From assembly GCA_963713975.1 (NCBI GenBank), contig OY970218.1, positions 3,040,001 to 3,104,000 on the forward strand: a DNA stretch of 64,000 nucleotides, written 5' to 3'. Below, piece by piece: positions 38,835 through 48,862 of the stretch (position 1 is its first letter; each line of letters opens with the position of its first letter). This DNA is from an uncultured Chloroflexia bacterium (lineage in GTDB: Bacteria; Chloroflexota; Limnocylindria; Limnocylindrales; CSP1-4). The position numbers and the translations under genes are program-made. The notes below the pieces were generated by a model. That model saw only the letters and a list, made by a program, of their open reading frames with translations, did not search any database and had not been told where the DNA came from.

Positions 38835-41554
38835 GCCTCGTCCTCGTCCTCGTCCGGCCCCGGACCGTCGTCGCGACGCAGGACCATCCGGGCATTCGAG
38901 CCGTCGAACGCCCCCACGTATCCCCGCGCCTCGAGCTGGTCCACGATGCGGGCAGCTCGCGCGTAGCCGATCTTGAGACGCCGCTGGAGCAGCGACGCCG
39001 AGGCGCGATCGTACTCCCGAATCACGGCGACGGCATCCGGCAGCAGCCGGTCGGCATCGTCATCGGCCAGGTCGTCGACGGATCCCGTGGCTTCCTCGTC
39101 GGACGTGATGATCGAGAGGTCATAGCGCGGATCATCGATCTGGTCGCGCCAGTACTGGGTCACCCGCCCGATCTCGGGATCGGACACGAACACGCCCTGG
39201 AGGCGCATCGGTCGTGGCAGGTCGGAGGGCTGGTAGAGCATGTCGCCGCGGCCGATCAGGTCCTCGGCACCCGGTGAGTCAAGGATCGTGCGGCTGTCGA
39301 TCTGGCTGGCCATCGCGAACGCGATCCGGCTGGGAAAGTTCGCCTTGATCAGCCCCGTGACCACGTTGACCGACGGCCGCTGTGTCGCTAGCACCATGTG
39401 GATGCCCGTCGCCCTGGCCTTCTGGGCGAGGCGCACGATCGGGTCCTCGACGTTCTTTCCCTCGCGCATCATGAGGTCGGCGAGCTCGTCGATGACGATC
39501 ACGATGTACGGCAGCCGATCCGCCGCGTCCACCCGGGTCTCGTTGAACGCCTTGATGTTGCGGGCCGTGGCGCCGGCGAACCGCCGGTAGCGGTTCTCCA
39601 TCTCGCCCACCGCCCACTTGAGGGCGGACTTGGCGCGCTCGGGCTCCGTGATCACCGGGACCAGCAGGTGCGGCAGGCCGTTGTAGCCCGCGAGTTCCAC
39701 GCGTGCCGTGTCGATGAGGATGAAGTGAACATCGTCCGGGGTCGCGTTGCACAGGAGGCTGGTGATGAGCGCGTTGACCATGACGCTCTTGCCCGAACCC
39801 GTGGCGCCCGCGATCAGCAGGTGCGGCATCTTGGACAGGTCCACGGCCAGCGCGCGGCCGGCCACGTCGCGCCCCAGGGCGAACGTCAGCTGCGACCCCG
39901 AGGCGGAGAAGTCCACCTCTTCCAGGATCCGCCGCAGCGTGACGATGTTGAACTCCTTGTTGGGGATCTCGATCCCGACCGAGCCTTTGCCGGGAATCGA
40001 CGCCTCGATCCGGATGCTGCGGGCCGCGAGGGCCATCGCGAGGTCGTCCGAGAGCGCCTCGATCCGGCTGAGCTTGACCTGGGGGGCGGGCTGGACCTCG
40101 TACTGGGTCACCACCGGGCCGGCATTGCGCCCGATGATCTGCGCCTGGATATTGAAGCCCGCCAGCTTGCGCACGATGATCTCTTCGTTGCGCGCGTGGA
40201 CCGCGTCCGCGATGTCCGTGGTGGCCGCGGACGGGATCTCACCCGGATCGAGCAGATCATGGGGCGGCAGGCGCCACTCGACGGCCTGGCCCGCTGGCGG
40301 CGAGTCCGAGGCGTCGGTGATGTCGTCGGGATCGCGGTCGACCGTGGGCGCCGGCTCCCCAGCAGGCGGGGGCGCGCCGTCGGGGCCGGTCATCGAGCCC
40401 GGAGCCACGACGGTCCCTGCACCCGCCGCCCGCGCCGGCGCGAAGGACGAGGTCGGCACCGCGGCGGGAATGCCCGGCTGCGCTCCATCCGCGCCCCAGA
40501 CACCCACGATCGCATCCGTGGCGTCGCGACCCTGGGCTCGCAGCACATGGCCCGCGGTCGTGAGACTACTATCCGGACCCGAGTCGGTCCAAACAGAGGT
40601 ATCGAGGGGCGCTGGACTCACATTCACCGGACTCCTGAGTACCTCGGAAGCCTGGTAGTTCAACACGGCCGAGAACAAGCGCGCTTCGGCCGTGCTCATC
40701 CGGAACCCAACCGGCTTTCGCTTGCTGCTGAAATGGAAGACGATTGTCGGCCCCACAAACAGACCGACCTGCTGCGCCACAGTGGTCAGAACTTCAACCC
40801 GGGGGATGTCCGCCGTGCTTGCTCTGCCGAGGAACACCACGCGTGACGATGTGAGCAGGACGGTGCCCACGTCAGATGCCTGAAGTGAGATGTGATGGTC
40901 CACCGAGTCTGCGCCAAAGGTTCCTAGCCGCACGGAAACGTTGTCCGAAACGCGAACCCGGGTTCCCGCGTACCCACCGGAGGTGCGACGAACCCGCTGT
41001 GGCTCCATCAGCTCCGCGCCCACCTCTATTAGGCCTACCTCGCCTGGCGACAAAGGAACCTTCGTGGAACTCAACACCGGCAAACTGACGCCCAGTTCGA
41101 TCTGTCGAACCTCGGCCTCTTCAAGACGCTGCTTGATGATCCCTCCAAGGCGCCGTGCGCTAGCGTTCGAGATCGCTGGATCTGGCCCAGTCATGAATGG
41201 CTCCACGGCCGCCAGCAACAGCTCGACTACCTTCTGGTGCCGCCCCACCCCTTCGATATTCGGCGCGACCGCTCGCGCCATATCAAGAAGTACTCCGTCC
41301 AACCCTCTCAGCGCGGACTCGACCATCGAGGTCCGCAGCTCCAGATCTGCGCGCGAGATCTTCGGAATTGCACCAATCGCCGCAGTGATCCGCTCACCTG
41401 CGAGTGGGTCCTCCCCACCGGAGGACACTGCCAAACCAATCGCGGCGGCAACATCCCTCGCGACCCGCGTGTCCAGGTCCCCGCGGCATCGGCCGCACAA
41501 CCGATCGTGACGGAAGAACCCGGTCCCGTCGCCGCATTGCTCACAGGCACTCAT
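38831..41554 (-). CDS. ftsK: FtsK/SpoIIIE translocase paralogue with a non-canonical soluble N-terminus
   Basis: GATGSGKS, IDELADLM, ATQRPS and gamma domain present; N-terminus has CxxC...CxxC and no TM helices. Confidence 0.85.
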   Translation of the reverse strand: MSACEQCGDGTGFFRHDRLCGRCRGDLDTRVARDVAAAIGLAVSSGGEDPLAGERITAAIGAIPKISRADLELRTSMVESALRGLDGVLLDMARAVAPNIEGVGRHQKVVELLLAAVEPFMTGPDPAISNASARRLGGIIKQRLEEAEVRQIELGVSLPVLSSTKVPLSPGEVGLIEVGAELMEPQRVRRTSGGYAGTRVRVSDNVSVRLGTFGADSVDHHISLQASDVGTVLLTSSRVVFLGRASTADIPRVEVLTTVAQQVGLFVGPTIVFHFSSKRKPVGFRMSTAEARLFSAVLNYQASEVLRSPVNVSPAPLDTSVWTDSGPDSSLTTAGHVLRAQGRDATDAIVGVWGADGAQPGIPAAVPTSSFAPARAAGAGTVVAPGSMTGPDGAPPPAGEPAPTVDRDPDDITDASDSPPAGQAVEWRLPPHDLLDPGEIPSAATTDIADAVHARNEEIIVRKLAGFNIQAQIIGRNAGPVVTQYEVQPAPQVKLSRIEALSDDLAMALAARSIRIEASIPGKGSVGIEIPNKEFNIVTLRRILEEVDFSASGSQLTFALGRDVAGRALAVDLSKMPHLLIAGATGSGKSVMVNALITSLLCNATPDDVHFILIDTARVELAGYNGLPHLLVPVITEPERAKSALKWAVGEMENRYRRFAGATARNIKAFNETRVDAADRLPYIVIVIDELADLMMREGKNVEDPIVRLAQKARATGIHMVLATQRPSVNVVTGLIKANFPSRIAFAMASQIDSRTILDSPGAEDLIGRGDMLYQPSDLPRPMRLQGVFVSDPEIGRVTQYWRDQIDDPRYDLSIITSDEEATGSVDDLADDDADRLLPDAVAVIREYDRASASLLQRRLKIGYARAARIVDQLEARGYVGAFDGSNARMVLRRDDGPGPDEDEDEA

Positions 41555-41600
41555 GCCAGGGAGCCCACTTGCCGGGTCGCGCTGGCGCCCGTTGCTGGGA

Positions 41601-44150
41601 TCACAGCTCGTCTCCATCGCCATCGAGGGAGCCATCGGGACCGTCGTCGCCACGCAACACAACTCTGGCGTTGGAGCCGTCGAAGGCACCGATGTACCTG
41701 CGAGCCTCGAGTTGGTCAATAATCCGGGCAGCCCGGGCGTAGCCGATCTTGAGACGCCGCTGGAGCAGCGACGCCGAGGCGCGATCGTACTCCCGAATGA
41801 CCCCTACCGCGTCCATCAGCAGGCGGTCGGCCTCGTCATCGGCCAGTTCGTCGACCGATCCGGTGGCCTCGCCGGTGAGCGACGTGATCGACGTGTCATA
41901 GCGTGGGTCCTCGATCTGCTCGCACCAGCATTTCACGATCCTGGCGATCTCGGCGTCCGAAACAAACACGCCCTGATGCCGAATGGGCCGCGGCACGTCG
42001 GATGGTTGGTAGAGCATGTCACCGCGGCCGATCAGGTCCTCAGCCCCTGGCGTGTCGAGAATGGTCCGGCTGTCGATCTGGCTGGCCATCGCGAACGCGA
42101 TCCGGCTGGGGAAGTTCGCCTTGATCAACCCCGTGACAACGTTGACCGAAGGCCGCTGCGTCGCGAGCACCATGTGGATGCCGGTGGCCCGCGCCTTCTG
42201 GGCGAGGCGGACGATCGGGTCCTCGACGTTCTTGCCTTCGCGCATCATCAGGTCGGCGAGCTCGTCGATAATGATCACGATGTACGGCATGCGGCGACGC
42301 TCGTCGATCCGCCGCTCCGGGTCAGGGCTCTCAGCGAGATCGTTGTAGGCGCGGATGTTGCGCGCCGCATGGGCGGCGAACGTCTTGTAGCGCCGCTCCA
42401 TCTCCAGCACAACCCAGTTGAGCGCAGCCTTGGCCTTCTCGGGCTCGGTGATGACCGGGACCAGGAGGTGCGGCAGTTTCTCGCCCTCGCTGTACGACGC
42501 GAGTTCAACGCGCTTGAGGTCCATCAAGATCATCCGGACCTCGCGCGGCGTTGTGTTGCATAGCAGACTCGTGATTAGGGCGTTGACCATGACGCTCTTG
42601 CCGGAACCGGTGGCGCCGGCGATGAGCAGATGCGGCATCCGGGCGAGATCCACTGCCCGTGCCCGGCCAGCGACATCGCGGCCCAGAGCGAAGGTAAGGC
42701 GGGATACACCGGGATCAGCGAGGTCTACCTCATCGAGAATCCGCCGAAGTGCGACGAGGTTGGACTCCTGGTTGGGGATTTCGATGCCTACCGCGGCCTT
42801 GCCGGGGATCGGGGCCTCGATCCGGATGCTGCGGGCGGCCAACGCCATCGCGAGGTCGTCGGACAGCTCCTTGATCCTGCTCAGTTTGATGTGAGCTGCT
42901 GGCTGGACCTCGTACTGCGTGACGACCGGCCCTGCGTTGCGGCCGATGATCTCCGCCTCGATCCCAAAACTCGCCAGTTTCCTCTTGATTAGCGCCTCAT
43001 TGTTCTTGTGGACGACCGAGCTGTCCTCAGGCTGCGTCGGCGGATCCCCGAGGTCGAGGAGATCCCGGGCCGGCAGTTGAAATTGCGCACCGTCCACGGT
43101 GATGGCCGCCCGCGAGGCGTCCAGAGGCGCATCGTCCGGGTGACCCATGGTCTCGGGCGACATGGCTCCCAGAGCCACAGTCCCCATCGTCCGAGGCACT
43201 CCTCCGCTGCTGTTCGTGTCCCCAATCGGCGCTTCACCGGCGTAGCCCTCGACGCCGGAGCCGACTGGAGCGCCGTTCATCCCCGATGACTCGGTCACAC
43301 CAGGCACGCGCGGCCGCGCAAACGTCGCAGACATCGGACCCGCGGTCGCGACGACAACCGGCAGGATGGCGCCGGTGTCCTCGCCGAAGGCCCCCGTCTG
43401 GCCAGGGGACTCAACGGCCGGGATCTTCTGGCCACGCCCGCGTCGGCCGGCATCCGCGGCTGAACCGTTGTTGGTCGTGGTGGTCGCGCCGGCCCCCGCG
43501 GCGGCCGCCCTGGTCGTCACCGTCGCCGGCGCCTTGGGGGTGCGGTCCTGGAGCGAGCCGCCGGCCACCTTGGCCAGGCCCGTCGCCGGCGCCAGCATGG
43601 AGCGCAGGGTGCGGTCAAAGGCGATGAGGAGCCCGGCAAGCAGGAGCACCAGCATCACCACGAACGCGCCGGGGGCCGTCAGCAGGGGCTCAAGCAGGCC
43701 GACGACGAACCGCCCGATCCGGCCGCCCGTGAACTCATTGAACTGGACCAGCTGGATGAGGCCGAGCAAGCCCACGTAGGCCATGCCGATGCCCAGGAGC
43801 GTGCGACCCCAGGGTGCTCCCGGCTCCTTGCCCGGCCCCCACTCCACGTACCAGCCCGAGAGGAGGAGCACGAACGGCAGCAGCCAGCGCCCTGTCCCGA
43901 AGAATGGCCCGGAAAGGTTGCGCCACCAGTCGGTGAGGCTGCCCTCGCCAGGGAGCAGGAGCGCGATCATCGTCACTGCCCCCAGGCCGAGCAGGAAGAT
44001 GCCGACCAGCGACCGGATAACTGCCGGCGAAAGCCCCAGCGAGACCTTGGGCAGCGGCAGGCCGCCGCCCTTCGAACGACTGCGCGACGCCGGTGAGCGC
44101 GTCGTCCGGCGCGTGGTGGAGCGCGGCGGCGTCCGCCGCGACTTCGCCAT
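41601..44150 (-). CDS. ftsK: DNA translocase FtsK (membrane-anchored)
   Basis: About 4 N-terminal TM helices, linker, motor (GATGSGKS, IDELADLM), gamma SLLQRRLKIGYARA. Confidence 0.93.
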   Translation of the reverse strand: MAKSRRTPPRSTTRRTTRSPASRSRSKGGGLPLPKVSLGLSPAVIRSLVGIFLLGLGAVTMIALLLPGEGSLTDWWRNLSGPFFGTGRWLLPFVLLLSGWYVEWGPGKEPGAPWGRTLLGIGMAYVGLLGLIQLVQFNEFTGGRIGRFVVGLLEPLLTAPGAFVVMLVLLLAGLLIAFDRTLRSMLAPATGLAKVAGGSLQDRTPKAPATVTTRAAAAGAGATTTTNNGSAADAGRRGRGQKIPAVESPGQTGAFGEDTGAILPVVVATAGPMSATFARPRVPGVTESSGMNGAPVGSGVEGYAGEAPIGDTNSSGGVPRTMGTVALGAMSPETMGHPDDAPLDASRAAITVDGAQFQLPARDLLDLGDPPTQPEDSSVVHKNNEALIKRKLASFGIEAEIIGRNAGPVVTQYEVQPAAHIKLSRIKELSDDLAMALAARSIRIEAPIPGKAAVGIEIPNQESNLVALRRILDEVDLADPGVSRLTFALGRDVAGRARAVDLARMPHLLIAGATGSGKSVMVNALITSLLCNTTPREVRMILMDLKRVELASYSEGEKLPHLLVPVITEPEKAKAALNWVVLEMERRYKTFAAHAARNIRAYNDLAESPDPERRIDERRRMPYIVIIIDELADLMMREGKNVEDPIVRLAQKARATGIHMVLATQRPSVNVVTGLIKANFPSRIAFAMASQIDSRTILDTPGAEDLIGRGDMLYQPSDVPRPIRHQGVFVSDAEIARIVKCWCEQIEDPRYDTSITSLTGEATGSVDELADDEADRLLMDAVGVIREYDRASASLLQRRLKIGYARAARIIDQLEARRYIGAFDGSNARVVLRGDDGPDGSLDGDGDEL

Positions 44151-44153
44151 CCG

Positions 44154-45821
44154 CTAGACCTCGACGACCACGGGGAAGACCATCGGGCGGCGCTTCGTCT
44201 GCTCGTACAGGAAGCGCGACACGCCGTCCTTGATCTGGACCTTGAGCAGCGCGATCTCGGAGATCCGGTCACCAGGCGAGTTCACGGCCACCTCGATGCG
44301 GCGGATCGCCTCCTCGATGATCCGGTCCTCCTCGGGTCCGTGGACGAACCCGCGGGTGATGATCTCGGGGCGCCCGACGACCTTGCCGTTCTGCTTGTCC
44401 ACCTGGACCACGATCATGAACATGCCGTCGTTGGCGAGCGCGCGACGGTCGCGCAGGACGATGTCGCCGACCTCGCCCACGGACAGCCCGTCCACGTACA
44501 GGTACCCGGCTGCGACCGGCTGGCCACGTCGGGCGCTGCCGTCCTCGAAGATCTCGATCGGCGTGCCGTTCTCGATGATGAACACGTTGCCGGGGTCGAC
44601 GCCGGTCTCGGTCGCCAGGCGGCCGTGCTGCACCAGCATCCGGAACTCGCCGTGCATCGGGATGAAGTAGCGCGGCTTGGTGAGCCCGAGCATTAGCTTG
44701 AGCTCCTCCTGGCTGGCGTGGCCCGACACGTGGGCCCGCTTGATCGCGTGGTAGAAGACGTTGGCCCCGGCCTTGAACAGGTTGTCGATGGTCCGCGCCA
44801 CGTATTCCTCGTTGCCCGGGATCGGGCTGGCCGACACGATCACGGTATCCCCGGGCTGGATCTCCACGAACCGGTGGTCGCGGTTGGCCATGCGGGCCAG
44901 GCCCGCCATCGGCTCACCCTGGGCCCCCGTGGTCGCGATGACCAGCTTTTCCGGCGGCACGTCCTTGATCTTGTCCTTGCCGACGACCATCGACGGCTCG
45001 TACTTCAGGTAGCCGAGGTCCGTGGCGATCCGGAAGTTCTGCTCCATGGAGCGGCCGATGACCGTCGTCTTGCGACCGAGGTCCGCGGCTGCATCGAGGA
45101 CCTGCTGGACGCGCGCGATGTTGCTGGCGAACGTGGCGATGATCACCCGCCCGTCCAGCGGCTCCATGATCTCGCGGAAGGCCTCTCCCACGATCCGCTC
45201 GGACGGCGTATAGCCCGGGTTCTCGGCGCGGGTCGAGTCCGAGAGGAGGCAGATCACGCCCTCCTCGCCCAGGCGGGCCAGGATGTGGAAGTCGGACAGC
45301 CTGCCGTCGACCGGCGTGTGGTCGAACTTGAAGTCGCCGGTGTGCACGACCGTCCCGACCGGCGTCCGCAGGGCGATGCCCATCGCGTCCGGGATCGAGT
45401 GGCCGATGCGGAACGGGATCGCCGTGAACGGCCCGATCGGCAGCTCGTCGCCGGGCTCCAGGGAGTGCAGCGGGTTGTTGTGGAGCTTGTGCTCCTTGAT
45501 CTTGTTGCCCAGGAGGCCACGGGCCAGGGTGCTGGCGTAGACCGGCACGCCGGGGAACTCGGGCAGCACGTAGGGCAGGCCGCCGACATGGTCCTCGTGG
45601 GCGTGGGTGATGAGGAATGCGCGGAGCTTGGAGCGGTTCTCCTTGAGGTAGGTCACGTCTGGAACGACGAGGTCGATGCCGAACATCTCCTCGTCGGGGA
45701 ACATCAGTCCGCAGTCGATGACGACGATGTCGTCGCCGTACTCGAACACGTAGCAGTTCTTGCCGATCTCCCCTACCCCACCGAGCGGGATGATGCGGAG
45801 CGGCGTGTTCGGATCAGCCAT
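44154..45821 (-). CDS. rnj: Ribonuclease J
   Basis: PLGGVGEIGKN, THAHEDH, HSIPD, HVSGH, PMHGE. Confidence 0.95.
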   Translation of the reverse strand: MADPNTPLRIIPLGGVGEIGKNCYVFEYGDDIVVIDCGLMFPDEEMFGIDLVVPDVTYLKENRSKLRAFLITHAHEDHVGGLPYVLPEFPGVPVYASTLARGLLGNKIKEHKLHNNPLHSLEPGDELPIGPFTAIPFRIGHSIPDAMGIALRTPVGTVVHTGDFKFDHTPVDGRLSDFHILARLGEEGVICLLSDSTRAENPGYTPSERIVGEAFREIMEPLDGRVIIATFASNIARVQQVLDAAADLGRKTTVIGRSMEQNFRIATDLGYLKYEPSMVVGKDKIKDVPPEKLVIATTGAQGEPMAGLARMANRDHRFVEIQPGDTVIVSASPIPGNEEYVARTIDNLFKAGANVFYHAIKRAHVSGHASQEELKLMLGLTKPRYFIPMHGEFRMLVQHGRLATETGVDPGNVFIIENGTPIEIFEDGSARRGQPVAAGYLYVDGLSVGEVGDIVLRDRRALANDGMFMIVVQVDKQNGKVVGRPEIITRGFVHGPEEDRIIEEAIRRIEVAVNSPGDRISEIALLKVQIKDGVSRFLYEQTKRRPMVFPVVVEV

Positions 45822-45838
45822 GGTCGCCTCGATGCCGG

Positions 45839-46573
45839 CTAGAAGAGGGTGAGCTGGGATGCGTCGTCGGCCGCGGGATCGGCGGCGGACGGCGCAGGGG
45901 CATGAATGGGAGCGCTCGCGGGAGTGGAGGTCGGCGCTACGACAGGCGCTGCAGGCGCCGTGGCCTCGGCCTGGCGATCGCGATGGGCGCGGGCACGCAC
46001 CAGGACCTCGGGGACGCGCGCCATGTCCTCGAAGCTCTCGCGCTCGATGGCGGCCGTGCGCAGGGCGGCCGCAGGGTGATACATCGCGAACACGAGGGCA
46101 TCGAGGGCACCGGTCTCGGGGTCCGCCGCCACGCTGGTCCCGTGAACCTGTCCGATGCGTGCGCCGGGCATGAACGTGCCCATCGAGTAGCGGCCGAGCG
46201 TCACGACCATCGCCGGATCCAGCACCTCCAGCTGTCGTCGGAGGTGCGGCGCACAAGCGGCGATCTCGTCGGGCTGCGGGTCGCGGTTGTCGGGCGGCCG
46301 GCACTTCACGACGTTGGTGATGAACACGTCCTCACGCCGCCAGCCGATGCTCTCGAGGAGCCGTACCAGAAGTCCGCCGGCCCGGCCGACGAAGGGCCGT
46401 CCGTCGCGATCCTCGTTGAAACCCGGGCCCTCGCCCACGAAGACCACCTCGGTGTCAGGGTCGCCCTCGCCCGGAACCGCCTGCGTCCGCGTCTCGTGCA
46501 GGCGGCAGCCGGTGCAGGCACGGACATCGTTCGCGATCAGCTCGAGCGCCGCAAGGCGCTCGTCGCGGGTCAC
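45839..46573 (-). CDS. Family 4 uracil-DNA glycosylase
   Basis: CxxC, GEGPG..ED, PFVG, KCRPPDNR, HPAA. Confidence 0.93.
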   Translation of the reverse strand: MTRDERLAALELIANDVRACTGCRLHETRTQAVPGEGDPDTEVVFVGEGPGFNEDRDGRPFVGRAGGLLVRLLESIGWRREDVFITNVVKCRPPDNRDPQPDEIAACAPHLRRQLEVLDPAMVVTLGRYSMGTFMPGARIGQVHGTSVAADPETGALDALVFAMYHPAAALRTAAIERESFEDMARVPEVLVRARAHRDRQAEATAPAAPVVAPTSTPASAPIHAPAPSAADPAADDASQLTLF

Positions 46574-47697
46574 GCGGGTATTCCCCCGGACGCTCCCACG
46601 GCAACTCCGGACGCTCCCGCGCCGGATCCCGTCGCTCCCGCGGCGGCTCGCTCGCTGCCCTTGCGGATCCAGCCTCGCTCCACAAGGACCTCGGCGATCT
46701 CCACCGCGTTGGAGGCCGCTCCCTTGCGCAGGTTGTCAGACACGACCCAGAACGCGAGGCCGCGATTAGCCGCGATCGAGGGATCCTGGCGTACCCGGCC
46801 CACGAACACGAGGTCCGAGCCGGCGGCGTCCATCGCGAGCGGGTAGACGTTGTTGGCAGGATCGTCCTGGACGACGACGCCCTTGACCTCGGCGAACAGC
46901 TCTCGGGCCCGGTCGGGCGTGATCGGGTCGCGGGTCTCGACGTGGACCGCCTCGGAGTGGCTCACGAACACCGGCACGCGGACGGCCGTGCACGAGACAC
47001 GCAGCTCCGGCAGGTGCAGGATCTTGCGGCTCTCGGTGACGACCTTCCACTCCTCCTTCGTGTACCCGTTGTCCAGGAACACGTCGATGTGCGGAAGGGC
47101 GTTGAAGCCGATCACGTGCGGGTAGACCGTGGCGGTCTTCTCGCGACCTTCGGCGTGGGCCTTGACCTGCTCGTCCAGCTCCACGATCGCCTTCTGGCCC
47201 GTGCCCGCCACCGCCTGGTAGGTGTCCACCACCATCCGTTCGATGCCGACCGCGTCACGGAGCGCCATCAGTGGCGGCATGAGCTGCATCGTCGAGCAGT
47301 TGGGGTTGGCGATGATCCCCTCGTGCCACGCCAGGTCGTCCGGGTTGACCTGGGACACGACGAGCGGCACGTGAGGATCCATCCGCCACGCGCTCGAGTT
47401 GTCGATGACCGCTGCCCCGCGCTTCGCCGCTTCGGGCGCCAGCTCCTTGGAGGTACCGCCACCCGCGCTGAACAGCGCGATGTCCACGCCCTCGAACGCG
47501 TCCGGCGTCGCGAGCTCCACGGTGATGTCCTTGCCGTTCACGGTCACGACCTTGCCGGCCGAGCGCGCAGAGGCGAGGAGACGCAACTCCGTGTACGGGA
47601 GCCGCTTCTCGAGGAGCACCTGGATCATGGTCCGGCCGACGGCGCCGGTGGCGCCGACGACGGCGACGGTGAGCTTCTCAGGGCTGGTTTCGGGCAT
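46570..47697 (-). CDS. asd: Aspartate-semialdehyde dehydrogenase
   Basis: GATGAVG, DNSSAWR, ANPNCST, DNLRKGAA. Confidence 0.95.
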   Translation of the reverse strand: MPETSPEKLTVAVVGATGAVGRTMIQVLLEKRLPYTELRLLASARSAGKVVTVNGKDITVELATPDAFEGVDIALFSAGGGTSKELAPEAAKRGAAVIDNSSAWRMDPHVPLVVSQVNPDDLAWHEGIIANPNCSTMQLMPPLMALRDAVGIERMVVDTYQAVAGTGQKAIVELDEQVKAHAEGREKTATVYPHVIGFNALPHIDVFLDNGYTKEEWKVVTESRKILHLPELRVSCTAVRVPVFVSHSEAVHVETRDPITPDRARELFAEVKGVVVQDDPANNVYPLAMDAAGSDLVFVGRVRQDPSIAANRGLAFWVVSDNLRKGAASNAVEIAEVLVERGWIRKGSERAAAGATGSGAGASGVAVGASGGIPA

Positions 47698-47798
47698 GGT
47701 CCGACCTGTTAGCGATAGGTTGTCGGGCACGGCGGGAGTATACCAGCGGGCTCCGGCGCGACCGCCGGGCCGGTCGCGCGGGCGGGCGCCTGGTCACG

Positions 47799-48809
47799 TC
47801 ACGCGTCCCTCGCACCCATGGACCCGGGCGCCGCTCCGCCGTGCCACCCGGCCAGCTCGCGCGCCAGGCCGGCGCAGACCTCAAGAGCGATGTCCGCGAA
47901 GGCGTGCGAGGCGGGGGTCCGGAAACGGTCGCGGTGCCAGATCAGGGCCACACGTCGTGGCGGCAGGTCCGTTGGGATGATGACCACCGACGGGTCCGAA
48001 GGATCTGTCGCGAGCAGCGGGACGAGCGCGACCCCAAGCCCGGCGCCGGCCATCGCCTGGACCGTCCCGTTGTCCTCGGAGCGGAACACGAACGTGGGTT
48101 CGACTCCCCGGGACCGGAGGTGCTCTTCTGTGTCCTTCATGCTGCCGCCGGATCGGAAGCCGATCAGCCGCTGTGCCCCGATCACCTCCAGCGCCGGATT
48201 GGATGGCGTGCTGGCAAAGGGCGAGTCTGTCGCCGCGACCAGCACGTACGGGTCCCGGACGAGCTGGACCGCCTCGAATGGCCCTGGCGAGACCGGCAGC
48301 GTCCCGAACGACAGGTCGATGGCCCCAAGCTCCACCAGCTCCCACAGGCCCTCGTCGTTCGCCTCGGTGAGCCGGACCTCGATGCCCGGCCACACCTGGG
48401 CGAAGCGCGTCATCACCGCCGGCAGGACCCGCGTCCCCACGCTCTGGAAGACCCCCACTCGGAGCGTCCCGGTCTCACCGGCCGCATACGCCAGCAGGTC
48501 GGCCCGAGCCGCCTCCAGCCGGTTGGTGATCGCCAACGTGTGGCGCAGCAGGAGCTCCCCCGCCTCGGTGAGCGCCACCGTCCGGCGCCCGCGCGATCGC
48601 TCGATCAGCCGCACGCCGAGCGCCGCCTCCAGCGCGGCGATGTGCTGGCTCACCGCCGGCTGGGTGTAGTCGAGCGCGGCCGCCGCGGCATGGAACGAGC
48701 CCTCCTCGGCCACCGACCGGAAGCTCATCAGCTGGCGCAGGCTCAGGTCGGACAGGGCGTCCGGCAGGACGACGGGCACCGCGGACGACCGATCACGTGC
48801 GTTTATCAT
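47799..48809 (-). CDS. LysR family regulator (start uncertain)
   Basis: SF.AAA.L.YTQPAVSQHIAALE HTH; LTEAGE. Confidence 0.92.
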   Translation of the reverse strand: MINARDRSSAVPVVLPDALSDLSLRQLMSFRSVAEEGSFHAAAAALDYTQPAVSQHIAALEAALGVRLIERSRGRRTVALTEAGELLLRHTLAITNRLEAARADLLAYAAGETGTLRVGVFQSVGTRVLPAVMTRFAQVWPGIEVRLTEANDEGLWELVELGAIDLSFGTLPVSPGPFEAVQLVRDPYVLVAATDSPFASTPSNPALEVIGAQRLIGFRSGGSMKDTEEHLRSRGVEPTFVFRSEDNGTVQAMAGAGLGVALVPLLATDPSDPSVVIIPTDLPPRRVALIWHRDRFRTPASHAFADIALEVCAGLARELAGWHGGAAPGSMGARDA

Positions 48810-48862
48810 TCCAGTCAGTATATGAGATTGCTCTTATTCCCGACAACGAGCAGGATTGACTC

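Noticed and set aside
41555-41719. N-terminal extension of ftsK copy 2 given in the ORF track
   Set aside because: It overlaps the end of ftsK copy 1; the ATG at 41554 before the CxxC motif is more plausible.
40560-43280. Prophage, ICE or IS explanation for the low-GC segment
   Set aside because: No integrase, transposase, att repeats or terminal inverted repeats are visible.
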